A stretch of 64,000 nt of DNA, taken from the NCBI GenBank assembly GCA_035536275.1, contig DATLOL010000080.1, forward strand, positions 1,263 to 65,262, written 5' to 3'. This document shows, one piece after another, positions 8,185 through 20,411 of the stretch. The translations under genes and the position numbers were made by a program. This DNA is from Thermoanaerobaculia bacterium (lineage in GTDB: Bacteria > Acidobacteriota > Thermoanaerobaculia > Gp7-AA8). Every line of letters starts with the position of its first letter. The stretch's first letter is position 1. The notes under the pieces are model-generated. The model searched no databases. It had not been told where the DNA came from and saw nothing but the letters and a program-made list of their open reading frames with translations.

Positions 8185-8839
8185 CACGATGGCGGCGCTG
8201 GTGGCGTCGCTCGAGAACGCAACTTCTCTGACCGAAGAGCAGCGCGAGCACATCCGCGCGTGCCCGCGATGCAGCGCAATGCTGAACAGCGCGAAAGAGG
8301 CGCTTCGGGTCATCCCGAGCGAAGCCGAGGGACCCCCCGCGATCGACGCCGCCGTGGCGGCGGCGGAACGCGAAGTCGCGCGCAAGAGCTTCTGGCGCGG
8401 CGTGCGCGTGTTCGCTGGGGCATTGCTGCTGCTGGCCGCGATCGGCGCGCTTTTCTTCGCGCGGCTCGAGAACATCCCCCTGCCCACGGCGTTGCTGTTC
8501 GGCGCCGCCGGCTTCGCGATCGCGCTGCTCGTGGCCACGCCGATCCTGCTGCTCATCTGGCTCGTGCGCGGTTCCGGGAAGCGCGTCTACAAGCGACTCG
8601 GACCGGGCCGGTTGATCTCCGGCGTCTGCCTGGGCATCGCCGAGGCGACGAAGATCGACGTCCGTCTGCTGCGTCTGATCTTCGTCTTCCTGCTGTTCGC
8701 GGACGGCGCCGGCTTCTGGATCTACATCCTGCTCGACCTGGCGATGCCTGTGCATCCTGACGACCGCCAACACCTCTGGCGCTTCAGAATCCGGCGTTGG
8801 TGGACGAGGTCGAGACATGCAGAGCAGCGCGCTGGGTGA
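8171..8839 (+). CDS. anti-sigma factor: N-terminal zinc-finger (HxxxCxxC) fused to membrane PspC domain
   Basis: HIRACPRCS ZAS-type motif; PspC signature LISGVCLGIAEATKIDVRLLRLIFVFLLF; start codon overlaps the sigma gene stop (ATGAACTGCAATGA). Confidence 0.65.
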   Translation: MNCNDTMAALVASLENATSLTEEQREHIRACPRCSAMLNSAKEALRVIPSEAEGPPAIDAAVAAAEREVARKSFWRGVRVFAGALLLLAAIGALFFARLENIPLPTALLFGAAGFAIALLVATPILLLIWLVRGSGKRVYKRLGPGRLISGVCLGIAEATKIDVRLLRLIFVFLLFADGAGFWIYILLDLAMPVHPDDRQHLWRFRIRRWWTRSRHAEQRAG

Positions 8840-9656
8840 GATTCCGGACATCGGCTTCGGCGGCATGCCGCTGTCGATTCAGGGCCGCCCCGATGAAGAA
8901 CAGGGTCGCCGCGTTCTCAACGCGGCGATCGACGCGGGCATGACCCTGATCGACACGGCCGACGTCTACTGTCTCGACGACAACGACATCGGCCACAACG
9001 AGCGCCTCATCGCCTCCATCAATCGCCGCGATTTCAAAGTTGCGACGAAGGCGGGACTGCGCCGGCCGCGCGGCGCCTGGACGAACGACGCCTCGCCGCA
9101 GCACATCCGCGAGGCCTGCGAGCAGAGTCTGCGCTCGCTGAAGACCGATCGGATCTGGTTGTATCAACTGCACGCGCCCGATCCGAAAGTGGCGTGCGAG
9201 AAGAGCGTAGAAGCGTTCGCGGAACTGCAGCGCGAAGGGAAGCTCGAGCACTTCGGGCTGAGCAACGTCAGCGTGAAGCAGATCGACGCCGCATCGAAGA
9301 TCCTCCCGGTTGTGTCCGTGCAGAACCGGCTCAATCCCTACTTTCGGGAGTCGATCAAAGTCGCCAAGGCGTGCGCGGAGCGTGGCATCGTCTTCCTAGC
9401 GTACAGCCCCGTCGGTGGCGGGCGTCTCGCGAAGAAACTGCCCCAGTTCGACGTGCTGATCGATCTCGCGCGCAAGCACGATCGGAGCGTGCACGCCATC
9501 ACCATCGCCTGGGTGCGGGCGCAGGCGAAGACGGTCGTTCCTATCCCGGCGGCGCGCAGCGTCGAGCACGCGGTCGACAGTGCGAAAGCGACAGGTTTCA
9601 TGCTCGATGAAGAGGACGTGCGCATGATCGACGAGTCGGAGTTCGACCGCACGTGA
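8817..9656 (+). CDS. aldo/keto reductase family oxidoreductase
   Basis: AKR signature IDTADVY...LIDTADVYC...GKLEHFGLSN...LAYSPVGGG. Confidence 0.85.
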   Translation: MQSSALGEIPDIGFGGMPLSIQGRPDEEQGRRVLNAAIDAGMTLIDTADVYCLDDNDIGHNERLIASINRRDFKVATKAGLRRPRGAWTNDASPQHIREACEQSLRSLKTDRIWLYQLHAPDPKVACEKSVEAFAELQREGKLEHFGLSNVSVKQIDAASKILPVVSVQNRLNPYFRESIKVAKACAERGIVFLAYSPVGGGRLAKKLPQFDVLIDLARKHDRSVHAITIAWVRAQAKTVVPIPAARSVEHAVDSAKATGFMLDEEDVRMIDESEFDRT

Positions 9657-9658
9657 CG

Positions 9659-9691
9659 GTGTCATCCCGCGCCGAAGGCGCGGAATGACAC
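9659..9691. repeat. family-B palindromic repeat, single-hairpin short form
   Basis: GTGTCATCCCGCGCC-GAAG-GCGCGGAATGACAC, begins 3 nt after the AKR stop codon; followed by a T-rich stretch, so may also act as terminator. Confidence 0.75.
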
Positions 9692-9700
9692 GACGCTGAT

Positions 9701-11698
9701 TTGTTCTATTCTTCCCGATCAGAAGGGGGCACACGACAGGAATTGACGACGCACGAGCTCATCGAAGCGCAGCAGGAGCAGGAAAGCGAGCATCGCTGGA
9801 CCACCGACGACGCGGTCTCGCTGTACATGATCGATCGGTGGGGCGGCGGATACTTCGACGTGGCCGCGGACGGCATGATGACCGTCGCACCTCTGCAGCA
9901 GAAGGGGATCTCCGTGCCGATCCTCGCCGTGCTGAAGGAAGCGCAGGCGATGAACCTCGCCGCGCCGCTCCTGATCCGCTTCCAGGACCTCCTCCGCCAC
10001 CGCGTCGAAGTGCTCAACCATGCGTTCAACGACGCCATCGCGGAGCACAACTACCGCAGCCAGTATCGCGGTGTCTTTCCGATCAAGGTCAACCAGCTTC
10101 GTGAAGTGGTCGAGGAAATCCTGGACGCCGGCCGCCCCTACCACCACGGCATCGAAGTGGGCTCGAAGCCGGAGATCTTCGCTGGCCTGGCCGTGCATAC
10201 CGATCCCGACTCCATCCTGATCTGCAACGGCTACAAGGACCGCGCGTACATCCGCACGGCGCTGATGGGCCGCAAGCTCGGCAAGAAAGTCATTCTCGTC
10301 GCGGAGAAGATCTCCGAGGTTGCGCAGATCGTGAAGATCGCGGCGGAGATGGGCGTCGAGCCGTGGATCGGCCTGCGCGTCCGCCTGCTGGCGAAAGGTG
10401 CCGGCAAGTGGGCGACCTCCGGCGGCGAGCATGCGAAGTTCGGCCTCTCGACCGCGGAGATTCTCGAGGCCATGGAGATCATGCGCGAGGCCAACATGGC
10501 CTCCGCGTTCAAGCTCCTCCACTTCCACATCGGCTCGCAAATCCCCGACATCCTGACCATCAAGCGCGCCGTGCGCGAGGCGGCGATGTACTACGCGAAG
10601 CTCTACAAGAGCGGGCATCGCCTCGAGTACATCGACGTCGGCGGCGGACTGGCCATCGACTACGACGGCTCGCGCTCCACGTTCCACAGCTCGATGAACT
10701 ACTCGATCGAGGAGTACGCGAGCGACATCGTCTACAACATCATGGACGTCTGCGACGACGAGAAGGTGCCCCATCCGATCATCGTCTCGGAGTCGGGCCG
10801 GGCCACGGTCGCGCATCACTCCGTACTGGTCGTGCAGGCCTTCGGCGCGATCGAGAAGACGCCGCTCGAGTCGCGGGAGATCCAGGCCAAGGATCACAAG
10901 CTCGTGCGCGAGCTGCTGGACATCGACGGCTCGCTGTCGACGGACAGCGTCCAGTCCGCGTGGCATGACCTGCAGCAGATCAAGGAGCAGGCGCAGACGA
11001 TGTTCGAGCTGGGGTTGCTCGATCTCGACGTGAAGGCGCGCGTCGAGTCGCTGTTCTGGCAGATCGCAGAGCGCATGCAGGCCATGGTCATGGGCATGGA
11101 GCCCGAGGAAGTGCCGGAGGACCTCGGCAACCTGAAGATCGAGCTCGCCGACCAGCACATCTGCAACTTCTCCGTGTTCCAGTCGCTGCTCGATCACTGG
11201 GCCCTGGGACAACTCTTCCCGATCGTGCCCATCCACCGCCTGCACGAGCGCCCGCAGCTCGAGTCGACGCTGGTCGACATCACCTGCGACTCGGACGGCA
11301 AGGTATCGAAGTTCATCGACCTGAACGACGTCCGCGAGACGCTCCCGCTCCACGAGATCCGTCCCGAGGAGCCGTACTTCCTCGGCATCTTCCTCACCGG
11401 CGCCTACCAGGACATCATGGGCGACATCCACAATCTCTTCGGCCGGGTGAACGAGGTCCATGTGTTCCTCGATCCGGACGAGGAGTCGGGCTTCTACATC
11501 GAGGAGGAGATCCCCGGCCAGCCCATCGGCGAGGTGCTGGCCATGACCCAGTGGGACTGGCGCGACCTCGAGAAGCGCATGAAGCAGCAGATCGACGTGG
11601 CCATCAAGCAGGACCGCGTCAAGCCGAACGAAGGGATGCGCCTGCTGCAGGATTTCGAGCGCGGGCTCAAGGACCAGACCTACCTCACGTTCGAATAG
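9701..11698 (+). CDS. speA: biosynthetic arginine decarboxylase
   Basis: Collinear with E. coli SpeA from YxIxxWGxxYF through PIKVNQ, CNGYKDREYIR, GGEKSKFGL, LHFHLGSQ, DVGGGL, CDSDG and the C-terminal YLxxE; TTG start at 9701 uncertain (TTG 9746 is an alternative). Confidence 0.85.
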   Translation: MFYSSRSEGGTRQELTTHELIEAQQEQESEHRWTTDDAVSLYMIDRWGGGYFDVAADGMMTVAPLQQKGISVPILAVLKEAQAMNLAAPLLIRFQDLLRHRVEVLNHAFNDAIAEHNYRSQYRGVFPIKVNQLREVVEEILDAGRPYHHGIEVGSKPEIFAGLAVHTDPDSILICNGYKDRAYIRTALMGRKLGKKVILVAEKISEVAQIVKIAAEMGVEPWIGLRVRLLAKGAGKWATSGGEHAKFGLSTAEILEAMEIMREANMASAFKLLHFHIGSQIPDILTIKRAVREAAMYYAKLYKSGHRLEYIDVGGGLAIDYDGSRSTFHSSMNYSIEEYASDIVYNIMDVCDDEKVPHPIIVSESGRATVAHHSVLVVQAFGAIEKTPLESREIQAKDHKLVRELLDIDGSLSTDSVQSAWHDLQQIKEQAQTMFELGLLDLDVKARVESLFWQIAERMQAMVMGMEPEEVPEDLGNLKIELADQHICNFSVFQSLLDHWALGQLFPIVPIHRLHERPQLESTLVDITCDSDGKVSKFIDLNDVRETLPLHEIRPEEPYFLGIFLTGAYQDIMGDIHNLFGRVNEVHVFLDPDEESGFYIEEEIPGQPIGEVLAMTQWDWRDLEKRMKQQIDVAIKQDRVKPNEGMRLLQDFERGLKDQTYLTFE

Positions 11699-11762
11699 GA
11701 ATCGGCCTAGGTCGCGGTTCGTTACATAGAGCGTCCAAACAAACCACAGGAGAAACGATCTC

Positions 11763-12695
11763 ATGCGTAGAAATCTCGCGCTCAGCCTGGTCCTGCTTCT
11801 CGCCGTCGCCGGCAATGCGTTTGCCGGTGCCGAAGCCCGTATGACCGGAAAGATCCTCGACGCCGCCACCAAGGCGCCAGTTGCGAACGCGACCGTGAAG
11901 GTGGAAGCAGTCGAAGGGAAGACCCTCAAGCTCGATGCGAAAGTGAAGGCCGACAGCACGTACGCGCTGTTCCTGCTCGACTCGACGATCCGGTACAAGT
12001 ACACGGTCGCCGCGCCCGGCTATGACACTTTCAGCGAGGTGATCAAGCTCTCGATCGGTGAGAACAAGCAGCGGGACTTCCTGCTGAACAAGGCGGGCAC
12101 GGCTGCTGCGGCCGCCGCTCCCCAGGGCGCTGCGCCCGCTCCGGTCGATCCGGCCGTCATCGCCTACAACGAGGGCGCCGCTCTCGCGAACGCGGGCGAT
12201 CACGCCGCCGCCGCGGCGAAGTTTCGCGAGGCAGTCACGGCGAAACCGAACCTGACCGCGGGCTGGATCGCGCTCGCGAAGATCGAGAACCGCCTGAAGA
12301 ACCACGCCAAGGCCATCGAGGCGGCGAACAAGGTTCTCGAGGTCGATGACACGGACACGGACATGCTGTCCATCCTCGTCCAGGCGTACACCGCCACCGG
12401 CGACAAGGCCAAGGCCGCCGCGGCGTCGGCGAAGCTGCCGAAGGACGCCGGCTCGCTCTTCAACGACGCGGCGAAGCTCATCAACTCGGGTGACGACGCC
12501 GGCGCCGAGAAGCTGCTCAAGTCGGCCATCGACACGGACGGCTCGTTCGCGCAGGCGCACTACGAGTTGGGCATGATCTACGTCCGCGGCGGCAAGTCGG
12601 CCGACGCGAAGGCGGCGCTGACGAAGTACCTCGAGCTCGACCCGAAGGGTCGCGACGCCGCGACCGCGAAGGAAATGCTCGGCTATTTGAAGTGA
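11763..12695 (+). CDS. secreted protein: N-terminal carboxypeptidase-regulatory-like (Ig-like) domain plus TPR repeats
   Basis: Signal peptide MRRNLALSLVLLLAVAGNAFA; GKILDAATKAPVANATVKV beta-sandwich-like start; TPR-like Ala-rich repeats; AGGAG RBS upstream. Confidence 0.55.
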   Translation: MRRNLALSLVLLLAVAGNAFAGAEARMTGKILDAATKAPVANATVKVEAVEGKTLKLDAKVKADSTYALFLLDSTIRYKYTVAAPGYDTFSEVIKLSIGENKQRDFLLNKAGTAAAAAAPQGAAPAPVDPAVIAYNEGAALANAGDHAAAAAKFREAVTAKPNLTAGWIALAKIENRLKNHAKAIEAANKVLEVDDTDTDMLSILVQAYTATGDKAKAAAASAKLPKDAGSLFNDAAKLINSGDDAGAEKLLKSAIDTDGSFAQAHYELGMIYVRGGKSADAKAALTKYLELDPKGRDAATAKEMLGYLK

Positions 12696-12763
12696 AAAAG
12701 TTTACCCCGCGCGCTTGCGCGCGCGGTCTCGGGTGCACCTGCGCTGATCTCGCTTCGGTGCGA

Positions 12764-16528
<3,765 letters not shown>

Positions 16529-16667
16529 TCAAGTCTCCGGAAAAACAAAAAGCCCCGCCATCAGTGCGGGGCCGCTCGAAAAAAGCAAAACGAGACGAAC
16601 TGCCGGCGATTTAGCTTTTTTTATCCTGGTTGCAAGCGGCCCGCAAATCAGTCCAGGTCGGGCGAGA
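16529..16667 (-). promoter_or_regulatory. metH 5' leader (139 nt) containing a terminator immediately before the start codon; candidate attenuator or riboswitch-like element
   Basis: Minus-strand RNA ..GCGGGCCGCUUGCAACCAGGAUAAAAAAAGCUAAAUCGCCGG.. then terminator GCCCCGCACUGAUGGCGGGGCUUUUUGUUUUU 13 nt before the AUG; leaves no room for a separate promoter. Confidence 0.3.
16541..16572 (-). terminator. rho-independent terminator-like hairpin plus U-tract on the minus strand, 13 nt upstream of the metH start codon
   Basis: Minus-strand RNA GCCCCGC-ACUGAUG-GCGGGGC then UUUUUGUUUUU (plus-strand 16541..16551 A-run, 16552..16572 stem-loop). Confidence 0.55.
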
Positions 16668-17180
16668 CTACCGCCGCCAATCGGTGTTGTCAAACAGCGT
16701 CAGCCGCGGAATCCAGCGGCGCACGTGCCTGCCATAGTGCTCGTAGTCCTCGCCGAAAAGACGGCGCAGCGTCGGCTCTTCGTACGTGACGATGAACAGC
16801 GTGATGACGAAGCCCATCACCGCAACGAGGATCAACATCGGCCGCGTCACCTGCGGCAGCGCCAGCGCCTCGCCCACGAGAAAGATCCCCATCGACACGT
16901 ACATGGGATTGCGCACCCATCGATAGAGCCCGCTGACGACCAGCCGCCGCGGCGGATCGAACGGCGCCGGCGTGCCCTGTCCCTTCCACGCGAAGTCCCA
17001 GACGCACTTGAGCATCCCCGCGCCGCCCACGACCATCAGCGCGACGGCCCCGGCGCTCCATCGCGGACGCAGATCGCCGCCGGCCATCCAGCGCGGCACG
17101 AACCAGGTCCAGAGCGAGATGAAGAGCGCGGAGACGACGGCCGCGCGCACCAGAACGAACGCGGCGTTGATCCGTATCAC
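16668..17180 (-). CDS. isoprenylcysteine carboxyl methyltransferase / phospholipid methyltransferase family membrane protein
   Basis: Four to five TM helices and the ICMT/PEMT C-terminal signature VVSGLYRWVRNPMYVSMGIFLVGEAL...YEEPTLRRLFGEDYEHY. Confidence 0.7.
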   Translation of the reverse strand: MIRINAAFVLVRAAVVSALFISLWTWFVPRWMAGGDLRPRWSAGAVALMVVGGAGMLKCVWDFAWKGQGTPAPFDPPRRLVVSGLYRWVRNPMYVSMGIFLVGEALALPQVTRPMLILVAVMGFVITLFIVTYEEPTLRRLFGEDYEHYGRHVRRWIPRLTLFDNTDWRR

Positions 17181-17285
17181 GTGCTGAGAACCATTGTTGC
17201 GCTTTTGCGAGCTGACCCGCCAGATCGAGCCCGGCCATCAGGGACTCCACGGCCGCGCCGGTGCAGTGATCTATCATCCGCCCTG

Positions 17286-18419
17286 ATGACCACGGCCGCC
17301 GACACGCCCATCGCCCACACCGATCCGACGAACGCGCAGATCCTCGCGGTCTCCGAGGATCGCATTCAGGGGTTCGTCCGCGATCCGTTCGGCACGATCG
17401 CGCGGCAGGCCGGTCTCGAGCCGGAGCCGGTGATGGAGCGCATCCGCGCGATGCTCCGCGGCGGCACGATCCGCCGCGTGCGGCAAACGCTCATGGCCAC
17501 CAACCTCGCCGAGGGCGCGCTGGTGGCGTGGCAGTTCCCGAACGAGAAGCTCGATGCGGCGTTCGACTTCATGTTTCAGGAGGACCCGTTCTCCGGACAC
17601 GTGGTCATCCGCTCCGCCGATCCGGCAACGCCCGGCTCGAGCTATCGCCTCTGGACGACGGTCAAAGTCCCGCAAGGCTATTCGATCGAGAAACACTGCG
17701 CGTTTCTGTCGACGCTCACCGGCGCCGATCACTTCTGCGTCATGCCCGCCAAGCGCATCTTCGCCCTCGGCGTCGGCCACGTCCGCCGCAAGGGGATGGA
17801 GCCCGGCTCGAAGTCCGATGAGTCGGCGCAGGTCAAGGACACCGCCAAGGTCGAGCTGACGGATCTGGAGTGGCAGGTCCTGACGGCGGTGAAACGCGAG
17901 CTCACCGAGGACGAGGTGACGCGCGATCTGTGGGAGCGCCGCGCGCGGGAGGCGGGCGTGCCGCTCGAGCAGTTCTACGAGGTCGCGGAGAACCTCAACG
18001 CCCGCGGCGTGGTGGGACGCTTCTCCACGTTCCTCGAGCACGTGAAGCCGCTGCAGACGGGGGAGCGCGTGACGCGCTTCAACGCGCTTTTCCACTGGGC
18101 CGTGCCGCCGGGGCGCGAGCTCGAGGCCGGACAGCAGGCCGGACGCTTCCACATCCTCACCCACTGCTACTGGCGCGAGGGCGGACCGGAGTTCCGCAAC
18201 GTGAACATCATGGCCGTCGCTCACGGCACTGAGAAGGAAGCCGTGCTCGCGCACAAGCGCGCCATCGACGAGCACCTGGAGAGCGTCGGCATCCCCGTGT
18301 CGTACACGAACGTGTTCTGGGGCGGCCGCAGCGAGATCAAGCCGAGCGAGATCTCGCCGTTCGCGTATCGCGCGTGGTGCGCGTCGCGCGGCGTCGACGC
18401 CGAGACGATGCGCGACTAG
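17286..18419 (+). CDS. fused siroheme decarboxylase-like protein (AhbA/AhbB or NirDL-type; two Lrp/AsnC-like repeats)
   Basis: Two tandem about 180-aa repeats, each an HTH-like segment (LTDLEWQVLTAVKRELTEDEV) followed by ...LTHCYWREGGPEFRNVNIMAVAHGTEKEAVLAH..., resembling AhbA ...[22 protein letters not shown]...QTVLAQ. Start moved to ATG 17286 because the upstream part of the track ORF overlaps the opposite-strand methyltransferase gene. Confidence 0.5.
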   Translation: MTTAADTPIAHTDPTNAQILAVSEDRIQGFVRDPFGTIARQAGLEPEPVMERIRAMLRGGTIRRVRQTLMATNLAEGALVAWQFPNEKLDAAFDFMFQEDPFSGHVVIRSADPATPGSSYRLWTTVKVPQGYSIEKHCAFLSTLTGADHFCVMPAKRIFALGVGHVRRKGMEPGSKSDESAQVKDTAKVELTDLEWQVLTAVKRELTEDEVTRDLWERRAREAGVPLEQFYEVAENLNARGVVGRFSTFLEHVKPLQTGERVTRFNALFHWAVPPGRELEAGQQAGRFHILTHCYWREGGPEFRNVNIMAVAHGTEKEAVLAHKRAIDEHLESVGIPVSYTNVFWGGRSEIKPSEISPFAYRAWCASRGVDAETMRD

Positions 18420-20032
18420 CTCGCCGCCATGAACTCGACGCCCGCGTTCTCTTTCTGCGCGTAGTCGAGCTCCCAGTCCGACGTGAACAGCACGACCGCG
18501 TGTCCGTTGCGATCGATGGCCACGCGCGAGCGCGAGGGAAGGGTCATGCGCGCGACTTCGTCGACGTCGCGATCGACCCAGCGTGCCAGCTTGTACGGCA
18601 GGTTCGTCATCGTCGTCTCGACGCCGTACTCGGTCTCGAGCCGGGACGCGAGCACGTCGAACTGCAGCTCGCCCACGACCGCGAGAATGGGCTCGCTCTT
18701 CAGGCCATCGTGCAGCACGAAGACCTGCATCGCGCCCTCTTCCTCGAGCTGCGCCAGGCCTTTCTGGAACTGCTTCTGCCGCGTGACCTGCTTCGCGCGC
18801 AATGTCGCGTAGTGCTCGGGCGCGAAACGGGGGATGCGGTCGAACTCGACCGGCTCGCCGGATGACACGGCGTCGCCGATCTGGAAGAGGCCGGGATTGA
18901 CGAAGCCGATGACGTCGCCGGGATAGGCCTTGTCGATCGTGACGCGTTCCTGAGCGAAGAGGCGATGCGGGCGGGTCATGCGCACCTCCCGGCCCAGGCG
19001 CGCGTGATGAACGACCATGTCCTTCTCGAAGACCCCCGAGGTGATGCGCATGAACGCCAGGCGGTCGCGATGGCGCTTGTCCATGTTCGCCTGAATCTTG
19101 AACACGAACCCGGTGAAGACGTCGCTGTGCGGCGTGAGCTCGAAGTCCTCTCCTTTCGCCTTGGCGTGACGCGGCGAGGGAGGCGGCGCAAACTCGATGA
19201 CGGCGCGCAGGAACGACTCGACGCCGAAGTTGTTCACGGCGCTGCCGTAGAACACGGGGATGACCCGGCCGTACTCGAACTGCTTCTGATCGAACAATCC
19301 GCCGGCGCCCTCGAGAAGCTCCGCCGCATCGCGAAGGTCCTGCCACGCCGTTGGTCCGATCGCGTCGGCGAGATTCGGATCATCGAGGCCGCTCACGGTC
19401 ATGGGCGCGACGGATGCGCCGTGCCGGGTACGCTCGAATTGCAGCACCTGCTGGTTGCGGAGGTCGAAGACGCCCTGGAACGTCGGCCCGTCGCCGATCG
19501 GCCAGTTCATCGGCACGGCCGAGACCTTCAGCTCGCGCTCGATCTCGCTCAGGAGCTCGAACGGATCCTTGGCCGGCTGATCGAGCTTGTTGACGAAGCA
19601 GAGGATGGGGATGTGCCGCATCCGGCAGACCTCGAACAGCTTGCGCGTCTGCGGCTCGATGCCCTTGGCGCCGTCGAGGACCATGACCGCGCTGTCCGTG
19701 GCGGCCAGCGTGCGGTAGGTGTCCTCGGAGAAGTCCTGGTGGCCGGGGGTGTCGAGGAGGTTCAGCACCGACCCCTCGTACTCGAACTGGAGCACGGTGG
19801 AGGTGATGGAGATGCCGCGGCTCTGCTCGATGGCCATCCAGTCCGAGGTGGTGTGACGCTGCTGCTTGCGCGCGCGCACCGAGCCGGCCTCTTCGATCGC
19901 GCCGCCGTAGAGGAGGAGCTTCTCGGTGAGGGTGGTCTTTCCCGCGTCAGGGTGGGAAATGATGGCGAAGGTCCGCCGGCGGGCGACCTCACGACCGAGG
20001 TCGTCGGCGGTGACTTCAGGAACGGCTGTCAT
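18416..20032 (-). CDS. prfC: peptide chain release factor 3 (GTPase)
   Basis: Collinear with E. coli RF3: RRTFAIISHPDAGKTT, DTPGHQDFSEDTYR, NKLD, GFVFKIQANMD, PNFAPE. Start at MTAVPEV (M61 of track ORF). Confidence 0.9.
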   Translation of the reverse strand: MTAVPEVTADDLGREVARRRTFAIISHPDAGKTTLTEKLLLYGGAIEEAGSVRARKQQRHTTSDWMAIEQSRGISITSTVLQFEYEGSVLNLLDTPGHQDFSEDTYRTLAATDSAVMVLDGAKGIEPQTRKLFEVCRMRHIPILCFVNKLDQPAKDPFELLSEIERELKVSAVPMNWPIGDGPTFQGVFDLRNQQVLQFERTRHGASVAPMTVSGLDDPNLADAIGPTAWQDLRDAAELLEGAGGLFDQKQFEYGRVIPVFYGSAVNNFGVESFLRAVIEFAPPPSPRHAKAKGEDFELTPHSDVFTGFVFKIQANMDKRHRDRLAFMRITSGVFEKDMVVHHARLGREVRMTRPHRLFAQERVTIDKAYPGDVIGFVNPGLFQIGDAVSSGEPVEFDRIPRFAPEHYATLRAKQVTRQKQFQKGLAQLEEEGAMQVFVLHDGLKSEPILAVVGELQFDVLASRLETEYGVETTMTNLPYKLARWVDRDVDEVARMTLPSRSRVAIDRNGHAVVLFTSDWELDYAQKENAGVEFMAAS

Positions 20033-20108
20033 TGCCGCGGCGAGAACAACGGTGAGAGAGCGTGTCATCCCTCTTGAGCATCTGACTCTCGCAAGGTCCG
20101 CTTTTCGC

Positions 20109-20411
20109 ATGTACGGCCATCCGGAGAAAAGGCAATGCGCCACTACCAAAGTGTCTGCTCTGTTGCTGGTTCTGGCCAGTCTTCCGATGCTCGCCGACGA
20201 CAAGCCCGGCATCCCGATTGTGGAGCCCGAGGAGGACGAAGGCGGGTGTGAGGAGTGCGTCTACAGCGAATACGACGGCAGCGTTTCATGTGAGCCGGAT
20301 CCGATCGGCGCCGGCTGGATGGACTGCGAAGGCGGGTGGTTCTCTCAGTGCGATGCGACCGGCGATTGCGTGCGCACTCCCGATTGCGGCCAGCGTTGCG
20401 CGATTGCATGA
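20109..20411 (+). CDS. small secreted acidic cysteine-rich protein (9 Cys in a 68-aa mature region), function unknown
   Basis: Predicted signal peptide ...KVSALLLVLASLPMLA|DDKPG; mature part CEECVYSEYDGSVSCEPDPIGAGWMDCEGGWFSQCDATGDCVRTPDCGQRC; stop overlaps the next gene's ATG (ATGA), suggesting translational coupling. Start uncertain (ATG 20109 or GTG 20151). Confidence 0.4.
   Translation: MYGHPEKRQCATTKVSALLLVLASLPMLADDKPGIPIVEPEEDEGGCEECVYSEYDGSVSCEPDPIGAGWMDCEGGWFSQCDATGDCVRTPDCGQRCAIA

Noticed and set aside
7375-8866. Minus-strand ORFs 7375..8556 and 7691..8866 (393 and 391 aa)
   Set aside because: Antisense to the ECF sigma/anti-sigma pair; Arg/Ser/Ala-rich low-complexity translations.
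9719-12004. 761-aa minus-strand ORF opposite speA
   Set aside because: Shadow of speA; Arg/Leu/Asp/Val-rich with no domain. speA on the plus strand aligns along its full length to SpeA.
17274-19346. 690-aa minus-strand ORF
   Set aside because: Overlaps both the siroheme decarboxylase-like gene (antisense) and prfC (out of frame); Arg/Gly-rich.
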